The notes under the pieces: model-generated | Databases searched by the model: none | Seen by the model: only the letters and a program-made list of their open reading frames with translations | Told to the model about the DNA's origin: nothing | Made by a program: the position numbers and the translations under genes | Shown here: in pieces, positions 19,044 to 29,925 of the stretch | Layout: each line of letters starts with the position of its first letter | Numbering within the stretch: the first letter of the stretch is position 1 | Source of the DNA: Elusimicrobiota bacterium | GTDB taxonomy: Bacteria > Elusimicrobiota > UBA8919 | Length of the DNA stretch: 39,949 nucleotides | Assembly: GCA_043816185.1 (NCBI GenBank) | Contig: JBDRIG010000104.1 | Span: forward strand, 1 to 39,949 | Reading direction: 5' to 3'

Positions 19044-20249
19044 ATGGCGAAGGAAAAATTTGCGAGGACAAAGCTGCATGTCAATGTTGGAACTATTGGT
19101 CATGTTGATCATGGAAAAACTACACTAACGGCAGCCATAACGAAGGTTCAGGAGAAAAAAGGTTTCTCAAAGTTCGTCAGTTATGACGAAGTTGCCAAAG
19201 CATCGGAGTCACAGGGTAGGCGTGACGAGACAAAAATTTTAACCATCGCTATAAGCCACGTTGAGTATGAGACAGAAAAAAGGCATTATGCTCACATTGA
19301 TTGTCCTGGGCATGCCGACTATATTAAAAATATGATAACAGGTGCTGCTCAGATGGACGGTGCAATACTTGTTGTTTCAGCATCAGATGGTCCTATGCCT
19401 CAAACCAGAGAGCATATTCTTCTTGCTCGTCAGGTCAATGTTCCACATATTGTTGTTTATCTCAATAAAGTTGATACAGTTGATGACCCAGAACTTGTTG
19501 ATTTAGTTGAAATGGAAATAAGAGATCTTTTGAAAAAATATCAATTTGATGGAGACAAAGTTCCGATTATCAGAGGAAGTGCTCTCAAAGCGATGCAAGG
19601 CGACACAAGTGAATTAGGGGAACCGTCGATTTGGAAACTAATGGAAGCAATAGATGCTACAATTCCAGATCCAAAACGCGATATAGATAAACCATTTTTA
19701 ATGAGCGTTGAAGATGTTTTTACAATTACAGGCCGAGGAACAGTCGCAACAGGTAGAATTGAGCGCGGGATAGTAAAAACTGGCGATGCGGCTGAATTAG
19801 TGGGAATTCAGGAAACAAGAAAATCGGTTGTTACATCAGTCGAAATGTTTAGAAAAATTCTTGATGAGGCTCAGGCTGGTGATAATGTCGGTGTGCTTTT
19901 GAGAGGGATTGAGAAGGGTCAAGTAGAACGTGGACAGGTAATAGCAGCACCAGGATCTATTACACCACACAAAAAATTCAGAGGACAGGTTTATGTTCTT
20001 ACGAAAGATGAAGGTGGAAGACATACCCCATTTTTCAATGGCTATAGACCACAATTTTATTTCAGAACAACAGATGTTACAGGTGTGGTCAATCTTCCCG
20101 AAGGCGTTAAAATGATAATGCCAGGTGATAATGTTGAGTTTGTTGGCGAACTTATAGTGCCAGTTGCGATGGAAAAAGAACTGCGTTTTGCAATTCGTGA
20201 GGGTGGACATACCGTCGGAGCAGGTGTTGTAAGTGAAATAATTGAATAA
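19044..20249 (+). CDS. tuf: Elongation factor Tu
   Basis: [43 protein letters not shown]. Confidence 0.98.
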   Translation: MAKEKFARTKLHVNVGTIGHVDHGKTTLTAAITKVQEKKGFSKFVSYDEVAKASESQGRRDETKILTIAISHVEYETEKRHYAHIDCPGHADYIKNMITGAAQMDGAILVVSASDGPMPQTREHILLARQVNVPHIVVYLNKVDTVDDPELVDLVEMEIRDLLKKYQFDGDKVPIIRGSALKAMQGDTSELGEPSIWKLMEAIDATIPDPKRDIDKPFLMSVEDVFTITGRGTVATGRIERGIVKTGDAAELVGIQETRKSVVTSVEMFRKILDEAQAGDNVGVLLRGIEKGQVERGQVIAAPGSITPHKKFRGQVYVLTKDEGGRHTPFFNGYRPQFYFRTTDVTGVVNLPEGVKMIMPGDNVEFVGELIVPVAMEKELRFAIREGGHTVGAGVVSEIIE

Positions 20250-20259
20250 GAAAGGTTGG

Positions 20260-20332
20260 AAATTGAATATATTTGTAGTTGGTTTTGTAGTGAGTGGTCT
20301 TTAGACCACTCATCTTTAGACCGTTCATATTT
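20260..20332. repeat. 73-nt REP/MITE-like palindromic element, copy 1
   Basis: 69/73 identical to 24164-24236; perfect IR TGAGTGGTCT-TT-AGACCACTCA preceded by GTAG. Confidence 0.85.
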
Positions 20333-20359
20333 TACGATTTTTAATTCACAGAGATTATT

Positions 20360-20698
20360 ATGGCGAAAACAGAACAATTGGTATCAATTTTAGGCGGGGA
20401 TAGAATAAGAATTCGATTGCAGACATATGATCATAAAACGCTTGATCAATCGCTCCTTGAAATAATTCAGGCAGCAAGGCGTACAGGTGCATCTATTTCC
20501 GGTCCCGTTCTTTTGCCCACAAGAATAAAAAAATATACAGTGCAGCGTTCGCCGCATTGCGATAAAAAATCACGCGAGCAGTTTGAGGTGAGAATACACA
20601 AACGACTTGTTGATATAATACATCCGACACCTCAGACAGTAGATGCGCTGATGAAATTAGATCTACCAGCTGGTGTGGATGTGGAGATAAAGGCGTAG
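20360..20698 (+). CDS. rpsJ: 30S ribosomal protein S10
   Basis: [31 protein letters not shown]. Confidence 0.97.
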   Translation: MAKTEQLVSILGGDRIRIRLQTYDHKTLDQSLLEIIQAARRTGASISGPVLLPTRIKKYTVQRSPHCDKKSREQFEVRIHKRLVDIIHPTPQTVDALMKLDLPAGVDVEIKA

Positions 20699-20755
20699 AA
20701 TCGAAAAACAGATATAAAAATTTTGTGTCAATTTAGCGTGTTCGCGGTGTAAACA

Positions 20756-21442
20756 ATGAAATCAATCGTAGGAACAAAGATCGGTATGACACAAATATAT
20801 TTAAATAAAGGAGAGGCGATTCCTGTGACAGTGGTTTCTGCGGGGCCTTGCGTCGTTACCCAAATCAAAACAATTCAAACAGATAAATATAATGCAATTC
20901 AAGTGGGCTATTGTCCTACAATAGAAAAAAGACTCAATAAACCACAGCTTGGCCATCTCAAAAAAGCCTGTGCAACCGACACAAAATTGTTTAAGGTTTT
21001 GAAAGAATTTCGCATTGATGATCCATCTAACTATAAATTAGGTCAAGAAATAAAATGCGATCTTTTTTCCGTTGGTGATTTTGTAGACGTGACAGGTATT
21101 TCAAAAGGGCATGGTTTTCAAGGTGTTGTTAAAAGGCATGGTTTTGCCGGTGGCCCTAGTACTCACGGACAGTCGGACAAACAGCGTGCACCAGGTGCCA
21201 TTGGCCCACAGAGACCGCAAAAAGTAAGAAAAGGTTTAAGAATGGCAGGCAGAATGGGTGGCATTGGTGTTACTATTCAAAAATTAAAAGTTGTAAAAAT
21301 AATTCCTGAGAAAAATATTTTGTTGGTGAGAGGCGCAGTACCAGGTGTAAGGAATGGGCAGGTTGTTATATCTTCTGCTGTAAAGAAAACTAAGGTTTCT
21401 TCCGTGGTTCCTAAAAAAGAAGTTAAAAAAGCAAAAAAATAG
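20756..21442 (+). CDS. rplC: 50S ribosomal protein L3
   Basis: GTKIGMTQ, SKGHGFQGVVKRH, RGAVPG. Confidence 0.97.
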   Translation: MKSIVGTKIGMTQIYLNKGEAIPVTVVSAGPCVVTQIKTIQTDKYNAIQVGYCPTIEKRLNKPQLGHLKKACATDTKLFKVLKEFRIDDPSNYKLGQEIKCDLFSVGDFVDVTGISKGHGFQGVVKRHGFAGGPSTHGQSDKQRAPGAIGPQRPQKVRKGLRMAGRMGGIGVTIQKLKVVKIIPEKNILLVRGAVPGVRNGQVVISSAVKKTKVSSVVPKKEVKKAKK

Positions 21443-21515
21443 ATGTTTACAGAAAAACAAAAGGATTTGTAAAGTCGGAATTATAATCTTATAAAATCAA
21501 GACGTGGAGAAAAAT

Positions 21516-21770
21516 ATGAATAAATTTTGTCAAAGTTGTGGAATGCCGATGAAAAAAGATCCGCAGGAAGGCGGGACAAATTCTGATGGTACTAAGAATG
21601 CTGACTATTGTAGTTTCTGTTATCAAAAAGGAGCATTCACACAGCCCAATCTAACAGCAAAACAGATGCAAGATTTTTGTATTGAGAAAATGCGGGAAAT
21701 TGGAATGCCAAAATTTATAGGCTGGTTGTTTACTCGAAATATTCCTAAATTTAAACGTTGGAAGAAGTAA
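21516..21770 (+). CDS. Putative zinc-ribbon domain protein (Zn_ribbon_2-like)
   Basis: FCQSCGMPM...GTN.DG.KN.DYC.FCY..G.F...P..KRW pattern; GGAG RBS before ATG 21516. Confidence 0.85.
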   Translation: MNKFCQSCGMPMKKDPQEGGTNSDGTKNADYCSFCYQKGAFTQPNLTAKQMQDFCIEKMREIGMPKFIGWLFTRNIPKFKRWKK

Positions 21771-21894
21771 GCCAACTAAAAGTGGTGTATAAAAACTGGA
21801 ATTGGAAATTGTGAACGATTTTGCAATTCGTGGTATTGGAAACTGAATGTAGCTGCGAAGTCTCCTTGCTATTTCGCAGTTTACGGATGTTAAT

Positions 21895-22506
21895 ATGGAA
21901 ATAGATATTTATAATATAAAAGGTGAAAAAACTGGAACTATAGCACTACCTGAAAATGTTTTTGGTGCGAAGATAAATATTCCACTAATGCATGAAGTAG
22001 TTACATGGTATCTTGCAAATTCTCGGCAGGGAACACATTCTGCAAAAACACGCGCAGAAGTTTCTGGTTCTGGTAAAAAACCGTGGAAGCAAAAAGGTAC
22101 TGGTCGTGCACGCGCAGGAAGTATTCGTTCGCCGCTGTGGCGTCATGGTGGTATAATTTTTGCAAAAAAGCCAAGAGACTTTTCATATTCAATGCCGAAG
22201 AAAAAAGTTCACATTTCTCTTTTATCAGCACTTTCTTCAAAGGCAAAGGATTGTTCGATTATAGCATTAGATGAGCTTAAAATAGATGTGCCGAAAACAA
22301 AATTGGTTGCGAAAATAATATCCGTTTTAGGCGGGAATAACAAAGTTCTTCTTGTGTCAAAAAGAGATAAAACGCTAAATATGGCATCAAGGAATATAGC
22401 AAATTTATTTTTACATGATGTTAACGATTTGACAACTTATAATGTTTTAAATGCAGATAAAATAATATTCACAAAAGAAGCTTTGGACAGAATAGCACAG
22501 GGATAA
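21895..22506 (+). CDS. rplD: 50S ribosomal protein L4
   Basis: KTRAEVSG.GKKPWKQKGTGRARAGS. Confidence 0.97.
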   Translation: MEIDIYNIKGEKTGTIALPENVFGAKINIPLMHEVVTWYLANSRQGTHSAKTRAEVSGSGKKPWKQKGTGRARAGSIRSPLWRHGGIIFAKKPRDFSYSMPKKKVHISLLSALSSKAKDCSIIALDELKIDVPKTKLVAKIISVLGGNNKVLLVSKRDKTLNMASRNIANLFLHDVNDLTTYNVLNADKIIFTKEALDRIAQG

Positions 22507-22576
22507 GTTGCAGGCAATAAGAACTAAGAAACTTAATATTTAAAACGAACTGGGCGAGTGGTTTAATCCTATTACT

Positions 22577-22864
22577 ATGAATTCTTTCGATATAATAAAA
22601 AGACCAATTATCACAGAAAAAGCGACGAAGTTAAAAGAAATCAACAATAAATATGAGTTTGTTGTTGAAAAAAATGCAACAAAAGGGCAGATAAAAGAAG
22701 CGATTGAGCAGTTATTCAAAGTTAATGTTGAAAAGGTTCATACTGCTATATTGCCAGGGAAATTAAGAAGGCAAGGTGCACACGCAGGTTATAGAAACGA
22801 TTTTAAAAAAGCGATTGTGGATATAAAGAAGGGGCAATCAATAAAGATTGTGGAAGGTGTCTAA
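22577..22864 (+). CDS. rplW: 50S ribosomal protein L23
   Basis: PIITEK, IKEAIEQLFKV.V, KKAIV. Confidence 0.96.
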   Translation: MNSFDIIKRPIITEKATKLKEINNKYEFVVEKNATKGQIKEAIEQLFKVNVEKVHTAILPGKLRRQGAHAGYRNDFKKAIVDIKKGQSIKIVEGV

Positions 22865-22928
22865 GAGACAGAGTATAGCGATTGGCAAGATTTAAATTAA
22901 CAACATTTCACATTAGTCGGTAATTAAT

Positions 22929-23765
22929 ATGGGTATAAAAACATACGTACCATACACGCCGTCGAGGCGGTTTATAACAAGCGACGATTTTTCAGATGTA
23001 ACGAAAAAAACTCCTGAGAAGTCACTGCTACTTCCATTAAAAAGAACAGGTGGTAGAAATAATACAGGACATCTTACCGTTCGACATCAGGGCGGTGGTC
23101 ATAAGAAGATGTATCGAATAATTGATTTCAAAAGAGATAAAAGAAATGTTGTAGCCGATGTTATTGCTATTGAATATGATCCAAATCGTTCTTCGCGAAT
23201 AGCGTTAGTTAAATATCCAGACGACGAAAAAAGATATATTGTTTGTCCGCTCAATCTCAAGGTCGGCGACAAAATTGAAAGTGGAGAAAATGTAGAAATA
23301 AAAATTGGTAATGCATTGCCGATTTCAAACATACCGTTAGGAATCGAAATTCATAATTTAGAACTTATTCCTGGTTTCGGTGCAAAACTCGTTCGCTCGG
23401 CTGGCGGTGTTGCACAGATTATAGCAAAAGAAGGTGATTTTGCACACATAAAAATGCCATCTGGCGAAGTAAGAATGATTTCGCTTAAATGTTATGCGAC
23501 AATCGGGCAAATAGGAAATCTTGATCACGAAAATATTGTTTTAGGTAATGCTGGAAGAAAAAGACATCTGGGGATTAGACCGACAGTTAGAGGAACGGCC
23601 ATGAACTCAGTTGATCATCCGCATGGTGGTGGTCGTGGAAAATCAAAAGGCAATAATCAACCACAATCGCCGTGGGGTCAGCCCGCGAAAGGTTTCAAAA
23701 CCCGTTCAAAAAAGAAATGGACCAATATGTATATTGTTAAAAAGAAACCCAAGGGAGTAAGATAA
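22929..23765 (+). CDS. rplB: 50S ribosomal protein L2
   Basis: GGRNNTG, YRIIDFKR, IEYDPNRS, AMNSVDHPHGGG. Confidence 0.98.
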   Translation: MGIKTYVPYTPSRRFITSDDFSDVTKKTPEKSLLLPLKRTGGRNNTGHLTVRHQGGGHKKMYRIIDFKRDKRNVVADVIAIEYDPNRSSRIALVKYPDDEKRYIVCPLNLKVGDKIESGENVEIKIGNALPISNIPLGIEIHNLELIPGFGAKLVRSAGGVAQIIAKEGDFAHIKMPSGEVRMISLKCYATIGQIGNLDHENIVLGNAGRKRHLGIRPTVRGTAMNSVDHPHGGGRGKSKGNNQPQSPWGQPAKGFKTRSKKKWTNMYIVKKKPKGVR

Positions 23766-23813
23766 CGCACAAATAAAGATATTTGAATATTTGAGTAGTA
23801 AATGGAGTGAACA

Positions 23814-24101
23814 ATGTCAAGATCAACAAAAAAAGGTCCATATATTGACGAGAAACTTTTTAGCAAAGTTGAAAAACTCAACAGTATGGGAAAAAAAGTT
23901 CTAATTAAAACATGGGCGCGAGCATCTGTAATTCCACCAGAGTTTGTAGGTCATACATTTGGCGTTCACAATGGTAGAAAATTTATATCAGTCTATGTAG
24001 TTGAGAATATGGTAGGTCATCGTCTCGGTGAATTTTCGTTAACAAGATTTTTCAGAGGTCACGGAGCCGCGCATACAAAAGAGGCGTTAGAAAAAACATA
24101 A
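23814..24101 (+). CDS. rpsS: 30S ribosomal protein S19
   Basis: [26 protein letters not shown]. Confidence 0.97.
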   Translation: MSRSTKKGPYIDEKLFSKVEKLNSMGKKVLIKTWARASVIPPEFVGHTFGVHNGRKFISVYVVENMVGHRLGEFSLTRFFRGHGAAHTKEALEKT

Positions 24102-24163
24102 GAAATAGTGTGTGTTTTGCTTTTTGTCTTTCGTTTCTCGTGGCTCATTTCTCGTTGTATCGT

Positions 24164-24236
24164 AAATTGAATGTATTTGTAGTAGGTTTGGTAGTGAGTG
24201 TTCTTTAGACCACTCATCTTTAGACCGTTCATATTT
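24164..24236. repeat. 73-nt REP/MITE-like palindromic element, copy 2
   Basis: 69/73 identical to 20260-20332; embedded in pyrimidine-rich heptamer repeats (TTTCTCG-like). Confidence 0.85.
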
Positions 24237-24312
24237 GATGGCTCGTTTCTCTGCATCTTGTTTCTTACGTCTCATAGTCACTTGTCTTATTACGCCTTAC
24301 ACTGGTATTTAT

Positions 24313-24654
24313 ATGGAATCAAAAGCAATACTAAAATTTGCGAGAAGCTCATATAGAAAAGTCAATCAGGTGCTTTCGCTTATAAGAGGCAAGCGGGCTG
24401 ATGAAGCAGGCCATACTCTATCGTTTATTAAGAAAGGCTCCGTTTCTCTTATACAAAAAACATTGAAATCGGCTATTGCAAATAGTGGTCATCTTAAAAA
24501 CCCAGAATCAATTTTTATTAAAAAAGCATTTGCTACAATGGGTCCTCCGATAAAAAGAATGAGGCCTGGCGCAATGGGTAGAGGTAATCCTTATAAAAGA
24601 AAGACCTGTCATTTAACAATAGTGGTTGGAGACAGTAAGGGCAGAAAATCGTAA
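24313..24654 (+). CDS. rplV: 50S ribosomal protein L22
   Basis: LIRGK, KSAIAN, KRMRPGAMGR, KTCHLTIVV; start at ATG 24313. Confidence 0.96.
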   Translation: MESKAILKFARSSYRKVNQVLSLIRGKRADEAGHTLSFIKKGSVSLIQKTLKSAIANSGHLKNPESIFIKKAFATMGPPIKRMRPGAMGRGNPYKRKTCHLTIVVGDSKGRKS

Positions 24655-24699
24655 ATCGTCGATTATTTATTATTCATTTTGTAGTTCATAGGTGTTAAT

Positions 24700-25488
24700 A
24701 TGGGACAAAAAATTCATCCAAAGGGTTTAAGATTAGGTTATGTTGCTGATTGGGATTCTAAATGGTTCTCGCGTCGCAACGTGGCCGATCTAATAGAAGA
24801 AGATTTTCATATAAGAAAGTTTGTGAAAGAACGGCTAAAATTTGCTGCTGTTTCAAAAATTATCATTGAAAGAGCAGGAAAATATCTGAAGGTTAACATT
24901 TTTTCCGCCAGACCTGGAATTATAATTGGAAAACGTGGTGCAGATATCGAATCGCTTAAAAAAGAAATTGAAAAAATTTCAGATAAAAAAACAATTGTAA
25001 ACATAATGGAAGTAAAATCGCCTGGAGCAAATGCTCAACTTGTTGCTGAGGGTATTGCCTTTCAACTTGAAAAGAGAGGTTCTTATCGCCGTGCCATGAA
25101 AAAAGCGATTGAAAAAGCACTTGAATTGGGTGCTCTTGGCGTAAAGATTATGGTTGCAGGACGGCTTAATGGTAATGAAATTGCAAGAACTGAATGGTTA
25201 AGAGAAGGAAGAATTCCTTTACATACACTTAGAGCGGATATTGACTATGGCTTTGCTGAGTCACTTACAGCTATGGGAATCATTGGTGTCAAGGTTTGGA
25301 TATTTAAAAAAGAACTCTTCAAAAGAACGGAAAAAGAAATGTTAGACGATGCGCGTCTTATTGAAAAACCGGAAGAAGAAATCGCTGAAATTAAAGATGA
25401 AAAATTGCCAGAAGTAGATAAAAAAATAATTGAAGAAGAATATGATAATATAGTCGTTGAAGGGGGCAGTGGGGGCGGTAGTAAGTGA
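24700..25488 (+). CDS. rpsC: 30S ribosomal protein S3
   Basis: MGQKIHPKGLRLG, RPGIIIGKRG, GRIPLHTLRADIDY. Confidence 0.98.
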   Translation: MGQKIHPKGLRLGYVADWDSKWFSRRNVADLIEEDFHIRKFVKERLKFAAVSKIIIERAGKYLKVNIFSARPGIIIGKRGADIESLKKEIEKISDKKTIVNIMEVKSPGANAQLVAEGIAFQLEKRGSYRRAMKKAIEKALELGALGVKIMVAGRLNGNEIARTEWLREGRIPLHTLRADIDYGFAESLTAMGIIGVKVWIFKKELFKRTEKEMLDDARLIEKPEEEIAEIKDEKLPEVDKKIIEEEYDNIVVEGGSGGGSK

Positions 25489-25588
25489 TAGGTGGTAAGC
25501 GGCAAAGTAGATTCGCCGCAAACGATAAGCGATAAGTTTTTTCTTAATCTTTACCACTTAATCCTTAGTACTAATTTCTGGTGTTATA

Positions 25589-26002
25589 ATGTTACTATTA
25601 CCAAAAAGAGTAAAATATAGAAAGCAGCAACGTGGTAGAATGAAAGGTAATGCCTCTGGCGGAACAGAGGTAAGCTTTGGTGAATACGGTATTATGGCAC
25701 TTGAACGTGCATGGATTACAGCAAACCAGATCGAGGCATCACGAATTGCTCTAACTAGGGCAATTAAAAAAACAGGAAAGGTTTGGATAAGGATTTTTCC
25801 TGACAAGCCCTACACAAAAAAACCTGCTGAGACCAGAATGGGAAAAGGCAAGGGACTTGTTGAAAGGTGGGTTGCTGTTGTTAAACCTGGTCGTGTTATG
25901 TTTGAGATTGCTGGTTTAACAAAAAGCGAAGCGCAAGCAGTATTTAGACTTGTTGAACATAAACTTCCTATAAAAACAAAATTTTTGGAAAGAGGGCAAT
26001 AG
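25589..26002 (+). CDS. rplP: 50S ribosomal protein L16
   Basis: [25 protein letters not shown]. Confidence 0.98.
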   Translation: MLLLPKRVKYRKQQRGRMKGNASGGTEVSFGEYGIMALERAWITANQIEASRIALTRAIKKTGKVWIRIFPDKPYTKKPAETRMGKGKGLVERWVAVVKPGRVMFEIAGLTKSEAQAVFRLVEHKLPIKTKFLERGQ

Positions 26003-26097
26003 GGTAGTTGAGAATTGAGAACCGAGAGTTAAGAATTGTTGTAAGCGTTAGATATTAAAATCTATAGTTCTTAGTTTTCGATTTTCGATTGATTGAT

Positions 26098-26316
26098 ATG
26101 GCAAAAGAAAAAAAAGAGATAAATTTAAGAGAACTTACGGCTGACGAATTGTCAATGCATCTTGAGGAAACAAAAGAAAAATTATTTCATCTTAAATTTG
26201 GGCACAAAACAACCCCACTTAAAAATCCATTAGAAATAAGGCATTTGAAAAGACAGATAGCGAGAATTTTAACGATAATAAAAGGCGGCGGTAAGGAGCA
26301 GGGCGTTAAGGGTTAA
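26098..26316 (+). CDS. rpmC: 50S ribosomal protein L29
   Basis: KEKLFHLKF, NPLEIRHLKRQIARILT; start at ATG 26098. Confidence 0.95.
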   Translation: MAKEKKEINLRELTADELSMHLEETKEKLFHLKFGHKTTPLKNPLEIRHLKRQIARILTIIKGGGKEQGVKG

Positions 26317-26366
26317 GACTTAATCTTTAACAAGGCGAAGCAACTCAATCCTTACACTGATTTAAT

Positions 26367-26624
26367 ATGAGAAGAACAAAAACTGGTACTGTGGTTTCTG
26401 ATAAAATGAATAAAACAAGGGTGGTAGAAGCGGATTGGGTTACACGTCATCCACTCTATCAGAAGATTGTCAACCGTAAAACTAGATATTATGCTCACGA
26501 TGAGAAAAATGAGACACACATTGGAGACAAGGTCGAAATAATAGAAACGAGACCTTTATCAAAATTAAAAAGGTGGCGAATAGTAAAAAAGCAGGGTGTA
26601 GAATTTAGCAAAGTTAGTAGCTAA
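26367..26624 (+). CDS. rpsQ: 30S ribosomal protein S17
   Basis: [27 protein letters not shown]. Confidence 0.97.
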   Translation: MRRTKTGTVVSDKMNKTRVVEADWVTRHPLYQKIVNRKTRYYAHDEKNETHIGDKVEIIETRPLSKLKRWRIVKKQGVEFSKVSS

Positions 26625-26638
26625 AATCTCTAATCAAT

Positions 26639-27007
26639 ATGATTCAAGAACGTTCTATAATGACCGTGGCTGATAATACTGGTGCTAAAAAAGTAAGATG
26701 CTTTCGTATGCTTGGTGGAAGTTACAGAAAACGTGCTTCGCTCGGTGATGTGATAGTAGCATCTGTGTTTAATGCGTTGCCAACAGCAACCATAAAAAAA
26801 GGCGAAGTGGTAAAAGCGGTAATAGTAAGATGCGTGAAAGAGACTCGGCGTTCCGATGGAAGTTACATAAAATTTGATGATAATGCTGTTGTTATAATAA
26901 ATGATGAGCATGAACCGAGGGGAACAAGAATTTTTGGTCCAATCGCAAGAGAATTGCGTGAAAAAAACTTTTTGAAGATCATTTCATTAGCACCGGAAGT
27001 TGTGTAA
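26639..27007 (+). CDS. rplN: 50S ribosomal protein L14
   Basis: [28 protein letters not shown]. Confidence 0.98.
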   Translation: MIQERSIMTVADNTGAKKVRCFRMLGGSYRKRASLGDVIVASVFNALPTATIKKGEVVKAVIVRCVKETRRSDGSYIKFDDNAVVIINDEHEPRGTRIFGPIARELREKNFLKIISLAPEVV

Positions 27008-27092
27008 AAATAGGGCGTGAGAAAGAGTAGGTAATAGAGTTTAGGGATCAATAATTTTAACTAAACCCTAACTACTACTATTCGATTATAAT

Positions 27093-27419
27093 ATGCATAT
27101 AAAAAAAAAAGATAAGGTTATTGTTTTGGCAGGTAAAGATAAAAATAAAACAGGTGAGGTTCTGAAGATTTTTTCGGATAAAAAAACCGCAATTGTTGCA
27201 AAGGTTAATTTTGTAAAAAGACATACAAAACAGACGCAGGTGGATCCTGGTGGTATCAAGGAAAAAGAGGCACCGATTCCAGTTTCACGACTTATGCTTA
27301 TTTGTCCAAAATGTAATAAACCAACAAGAGCGAAGTGGGATATTTTGTCCGCTACAATAGACAAACCCGACAATAAAAAGTCGCGTGTTTGTAGAAAATG
27401 CGGGGAAATGATTATATAA
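27093..27419 (+). CDS. rplX: 50S ribosomal protein L24
   Basis: IKKKDKVIVLAGKDK, GGIKEKEAPI; carries two CxxC pairs. Confidence 0.96.
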   Translation: MHIKKKDKVIVLAGKDKNKTGEVLKIFSDKKTAIVAKVNFVKRHTKQTQVDPGGIKEKEAPIPVSRLMLICPKCNKPTRAKWDILSATIDKPDNKKSRVCRKCGEMII

Positions 27420-27493
27420 AAATAAGGGGTTAGAGAATTATAGAATGGTTAAAGTCGGTAATTTTTAACCACCTATTGCTCTCTGATATTAAT

Positions 27494-28060
27494 ATGGCGC
27501 GTTTAAAAGAAGTATATAAAGAAGTTATTGTTCCTGAGTTGATGAAAAAACTGTCACTAAAAAATATTCATCAAGTTCCGAAACTTAAAAAAATAGTAAT
27601 TAATATGGGTGTTTCGGATGCCAGGGAAAATCCGAAGGCGATAGATATTGCAGCAGCGGAACTCGCTGCAATAACTGGGCAAAAACCACTTTTGCGTCGT
27701 GCCAAAAAATCAATATCTGCTTTTAAGTTAAGAGAAGGCATGCCTATAGGGCTTAAAGTTACTTTGCGTGGTAATAGAATGTACGAATTTTTTGACCGAT
27801 TAGTTAGCATATCTATTCCAAAAATAAGAGATTTTAGAGGACTCGAACTCTCTAAATTTGACGGAAGAGGCAATTATAATCTGGGTTTGATAGAACAGTA
27901 TATTTTTCCAGAAATCGTGCTTGATAAATCTGACAAAGCAAGAGGAATGAATATAACAATTGTGACGACGGCAAATAATGATGAATATGCAAAAGAATTT
28001 TTATTAATGATGGGAATACCTTTTAGAAAGATGGTAGGCGATAAATCGGAAAGGTTGTAA
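27494..28060 (+). CDS. rplE: 50S ribosomal protein L5
   Basis: [27 protein letters not shown]; start at ATG 27494. Confidence 0.97.
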   Translation: MARLKEVYKEVIVPELMKKLSLKNIHQVPKLKKIVINMGVSDARENPKAIDIAAAELAAITGQKPLLRRAKKSISAFKLREGMPIGLKVTLRGNRMYEFFDRLVSISIPKIRDFRGLELSKFDGRGNYNLGLIEQYIFPEIVLDKSDKARGMNITIVTTANNDEYAKEFLLMMGIPFRKMVGDKSERL

Positions 28061-28103
28061 GTCGAAAGTAGTAAACGATTTTACAATTTACGGGTGTTAA
28101 ATT

Positions 28104-28289
28104 ATGGCGAAAAAGTGTCTTGTAATAAAACAAAGAAAAACTCCAAAATATTCTTCAAGAAGATATAACAGATGTCGTATCTGTGGTCGTCCACGTGGAT
28201 TTTTAAGAGATTTTGGTTTGTGTAGAATTTGTTTTAGGGATTTTGCCCACAAAGGTTTGATTCCAGGGGTTACAAAATCGAGTTGGTAA
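28104..28289 (+). CDS. rpsN: 30S ribosomal protein S14, Zn-binding type Z
   Basis: 61 aa, RCRICGRPR...[16 protein letters not shown]. Confidence 0.97.
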   Translation: MAKKCLVIKQRKTPKYSSRRYNRCRICGRPRGFLRDFGLCRICFRDFAHKGLIPGVTKSSW

Positions 28290-28389
28290 GAGATAGTTTG
28301 CAAGAGGTATACGAATAAGTGCACAGAATAGATTAATCGAGCGTTTTGTTAATATTCGACTAACATTCGAGGAATAAGCGGAGTTAAAT

Positions 28390-28785
28390 ATGATTTACGA
28401 TCCTATTTCAGACATGCTTTGTCAAATAAAAAATGCCACAAGAAGATCCAAAGAAAAAGTGGATATATCTGTTTCAAGTATAAAAGAAGGAATTGCTAAG
28501 GTTTTGAAGGAAGAAGGATATATTTTAAACTATAAACGGCTCGATGATAATAAGCAATGTATTTTAAGAATTTTTTTAAAGTATTCGCAGAATAAAAAGT
28601 CAGCAATAACAGACATTAAACGAGTTTCAAAATTATCAATGCGTGTGTATAAAAAAACTACACAATTGCCAAGGGTTTTAAGTGGAATAGGGATAGCAAT
28701 AATTTCAACCTCCCACGGGCTGATGACTGATAAGAAGGCGAGAGAGGAAAATCTTGGTGGCGAAGTAATTTGTTACGTCTGGTAA
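28390..28785 (+). CDS. rpsH: 30S ribosomal protein S8
   Basis: DPISDML, LKEEGYI, ISTSHGLMTD, GGEVICYVW. Confidence 0.97.
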   Translation: MIYDPISDMLCQIKNATRRSKEKVDISVSSIKEGIAKVLKEEGYILNYKRLDDNKQCILRIFLKYSQNKKSAITDIKRVSKLSMRVYKKTTQLPRVLSGIGIAIISTSHGLMTDKKAREENLGGEVICYVW

Positions 28786-28840
28786 AAATGGTCGTAGGTT
28801 GTAAATGGTTAATTGTTGATTAACGATTCACGGGGTTTAT

Positions 28841-29419
28841 ATGAGCAGAATTGGAAATAGTCCAATACCGATACCGAGTAGTGTTAAGATAAATATTGCT
28901 AATAACGAGATATTAGTTGTAGGTCCAGCTGGTAAACTTGCAAGGAAGTTTCATCCCGAAATTTCAATTAAAATTGAAGATAATTCTATTATTCTCAAAA
29001 GGAGTTCCGATGATTTCAAAGCGGTTCACGGAACAACACGTGCACATGTATTTAATATGGTGCAAGGGGTTGTTACGCCATTTGAAAAAAAACTCGAAAT
29101 TCAGGGTGTCGGGTATAAATCGCAACTCGCGGGAAAAAAACTAACCCTACAAGTCGGTTATTCTCATCCAGTTGAGTTTAATATTCCAGATGGCGTAGAC
29201 ATTACTACTGATCCAAAAGGGCTTTTAATTACGCTTAAATCCGTCGATAAAGAAAAACTTGGAATGATTGCTTCACAAATAAGACAAAGCAAAGAGCCTG
29301 ATTCATACAAAGGTAAAGGCGTTAGATATCTTGGTGAACATATTAAGAAGAAACTTGGTAAGTCGGCAATTGGAGTTGGTGCATCTGGAGCAGCAGCCAC
29401 CGGCGGAGCAAAGAAGTAA
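28841..29419 (+). CDS. rplF: 50S ribosomal protein L6
   Basis: MSRIG..PI, GVGYK, GYSHPV, YKGKGVRY. Confidence 0.97.
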   Translation: MSRIGNSPIPIPSSVKINIANNEILVVGPAGKLARKFHPEISIKIEDNSIILKRSSDDFKAVHGTTRAHVFNMVQGVVTPFEKKLEIQGVGYKSQLAGKKLTLQVGYSHPVEFNIPDGVDITTDPKGLLITLKSVDKEKLGMIASQIRQSKEPDSYKGKGVRYLGEHIKKKLGKSAIGVGASGAAATGGAKK

Positions 29420-29518
29420 GAAGAGTACAAATAGAAATACCAAATAGAGACACCAAATAACCATACTGAATTATTCGATTAAAGTTCGGTTTTTATTTGG
29501 GTGTAAGTAGAGATAACA

Positions 29519-29869
29519 ATGTTAAATAAAAAATTACAAGCACATTCAAGAAGAAAGGCAAGGATAAGAAAAAAAATTTTTGGGACTGTTGAAAAACCAA
29601 GAATGGTAATTCACAAATCAAATAAATATATGTATGTTCAGTTTGTAGATGACTTAAATGGAAAAACCTTATTATCGATTTCATCATCAACGCTTAAATT
29701 AAAAAATGCTGCAAATATCGCAGCGGCTGTTTCTCTTGGTGAGGTAGCGGGTAAAAAGGCAGTTTCAATTGGAATAACGCAAGTTGTGTTTGATAGAGGT
29801 GGATATATATATCATGGAAGGGTTTTGGCATTTGCTGATAGTGCTCGAAAAACAGGGTTGAAATTTTAA
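29519..29869 (+). CDS. rplR: 50S ribosomal protein L18
   Basis: [21 protein letters not shown]. Confidence 0.97.
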   Translation: MLNKKLQAHSRRKARIRKKIFGTVEKPRMVIHKSNKYMYVQFVDDLNGKTLLSISSSTLKLKNAANIAAAVSLGEVAGKKAVSIGITQVVFDRGGYIYHGRVLAFADSARKTGLKF

Positions 29870-29925
29870 GAGGCAGTGGTAAATAGTAGGGATTAAGAAA
29901 AAATTTAATTCTTAATTTTAATATT

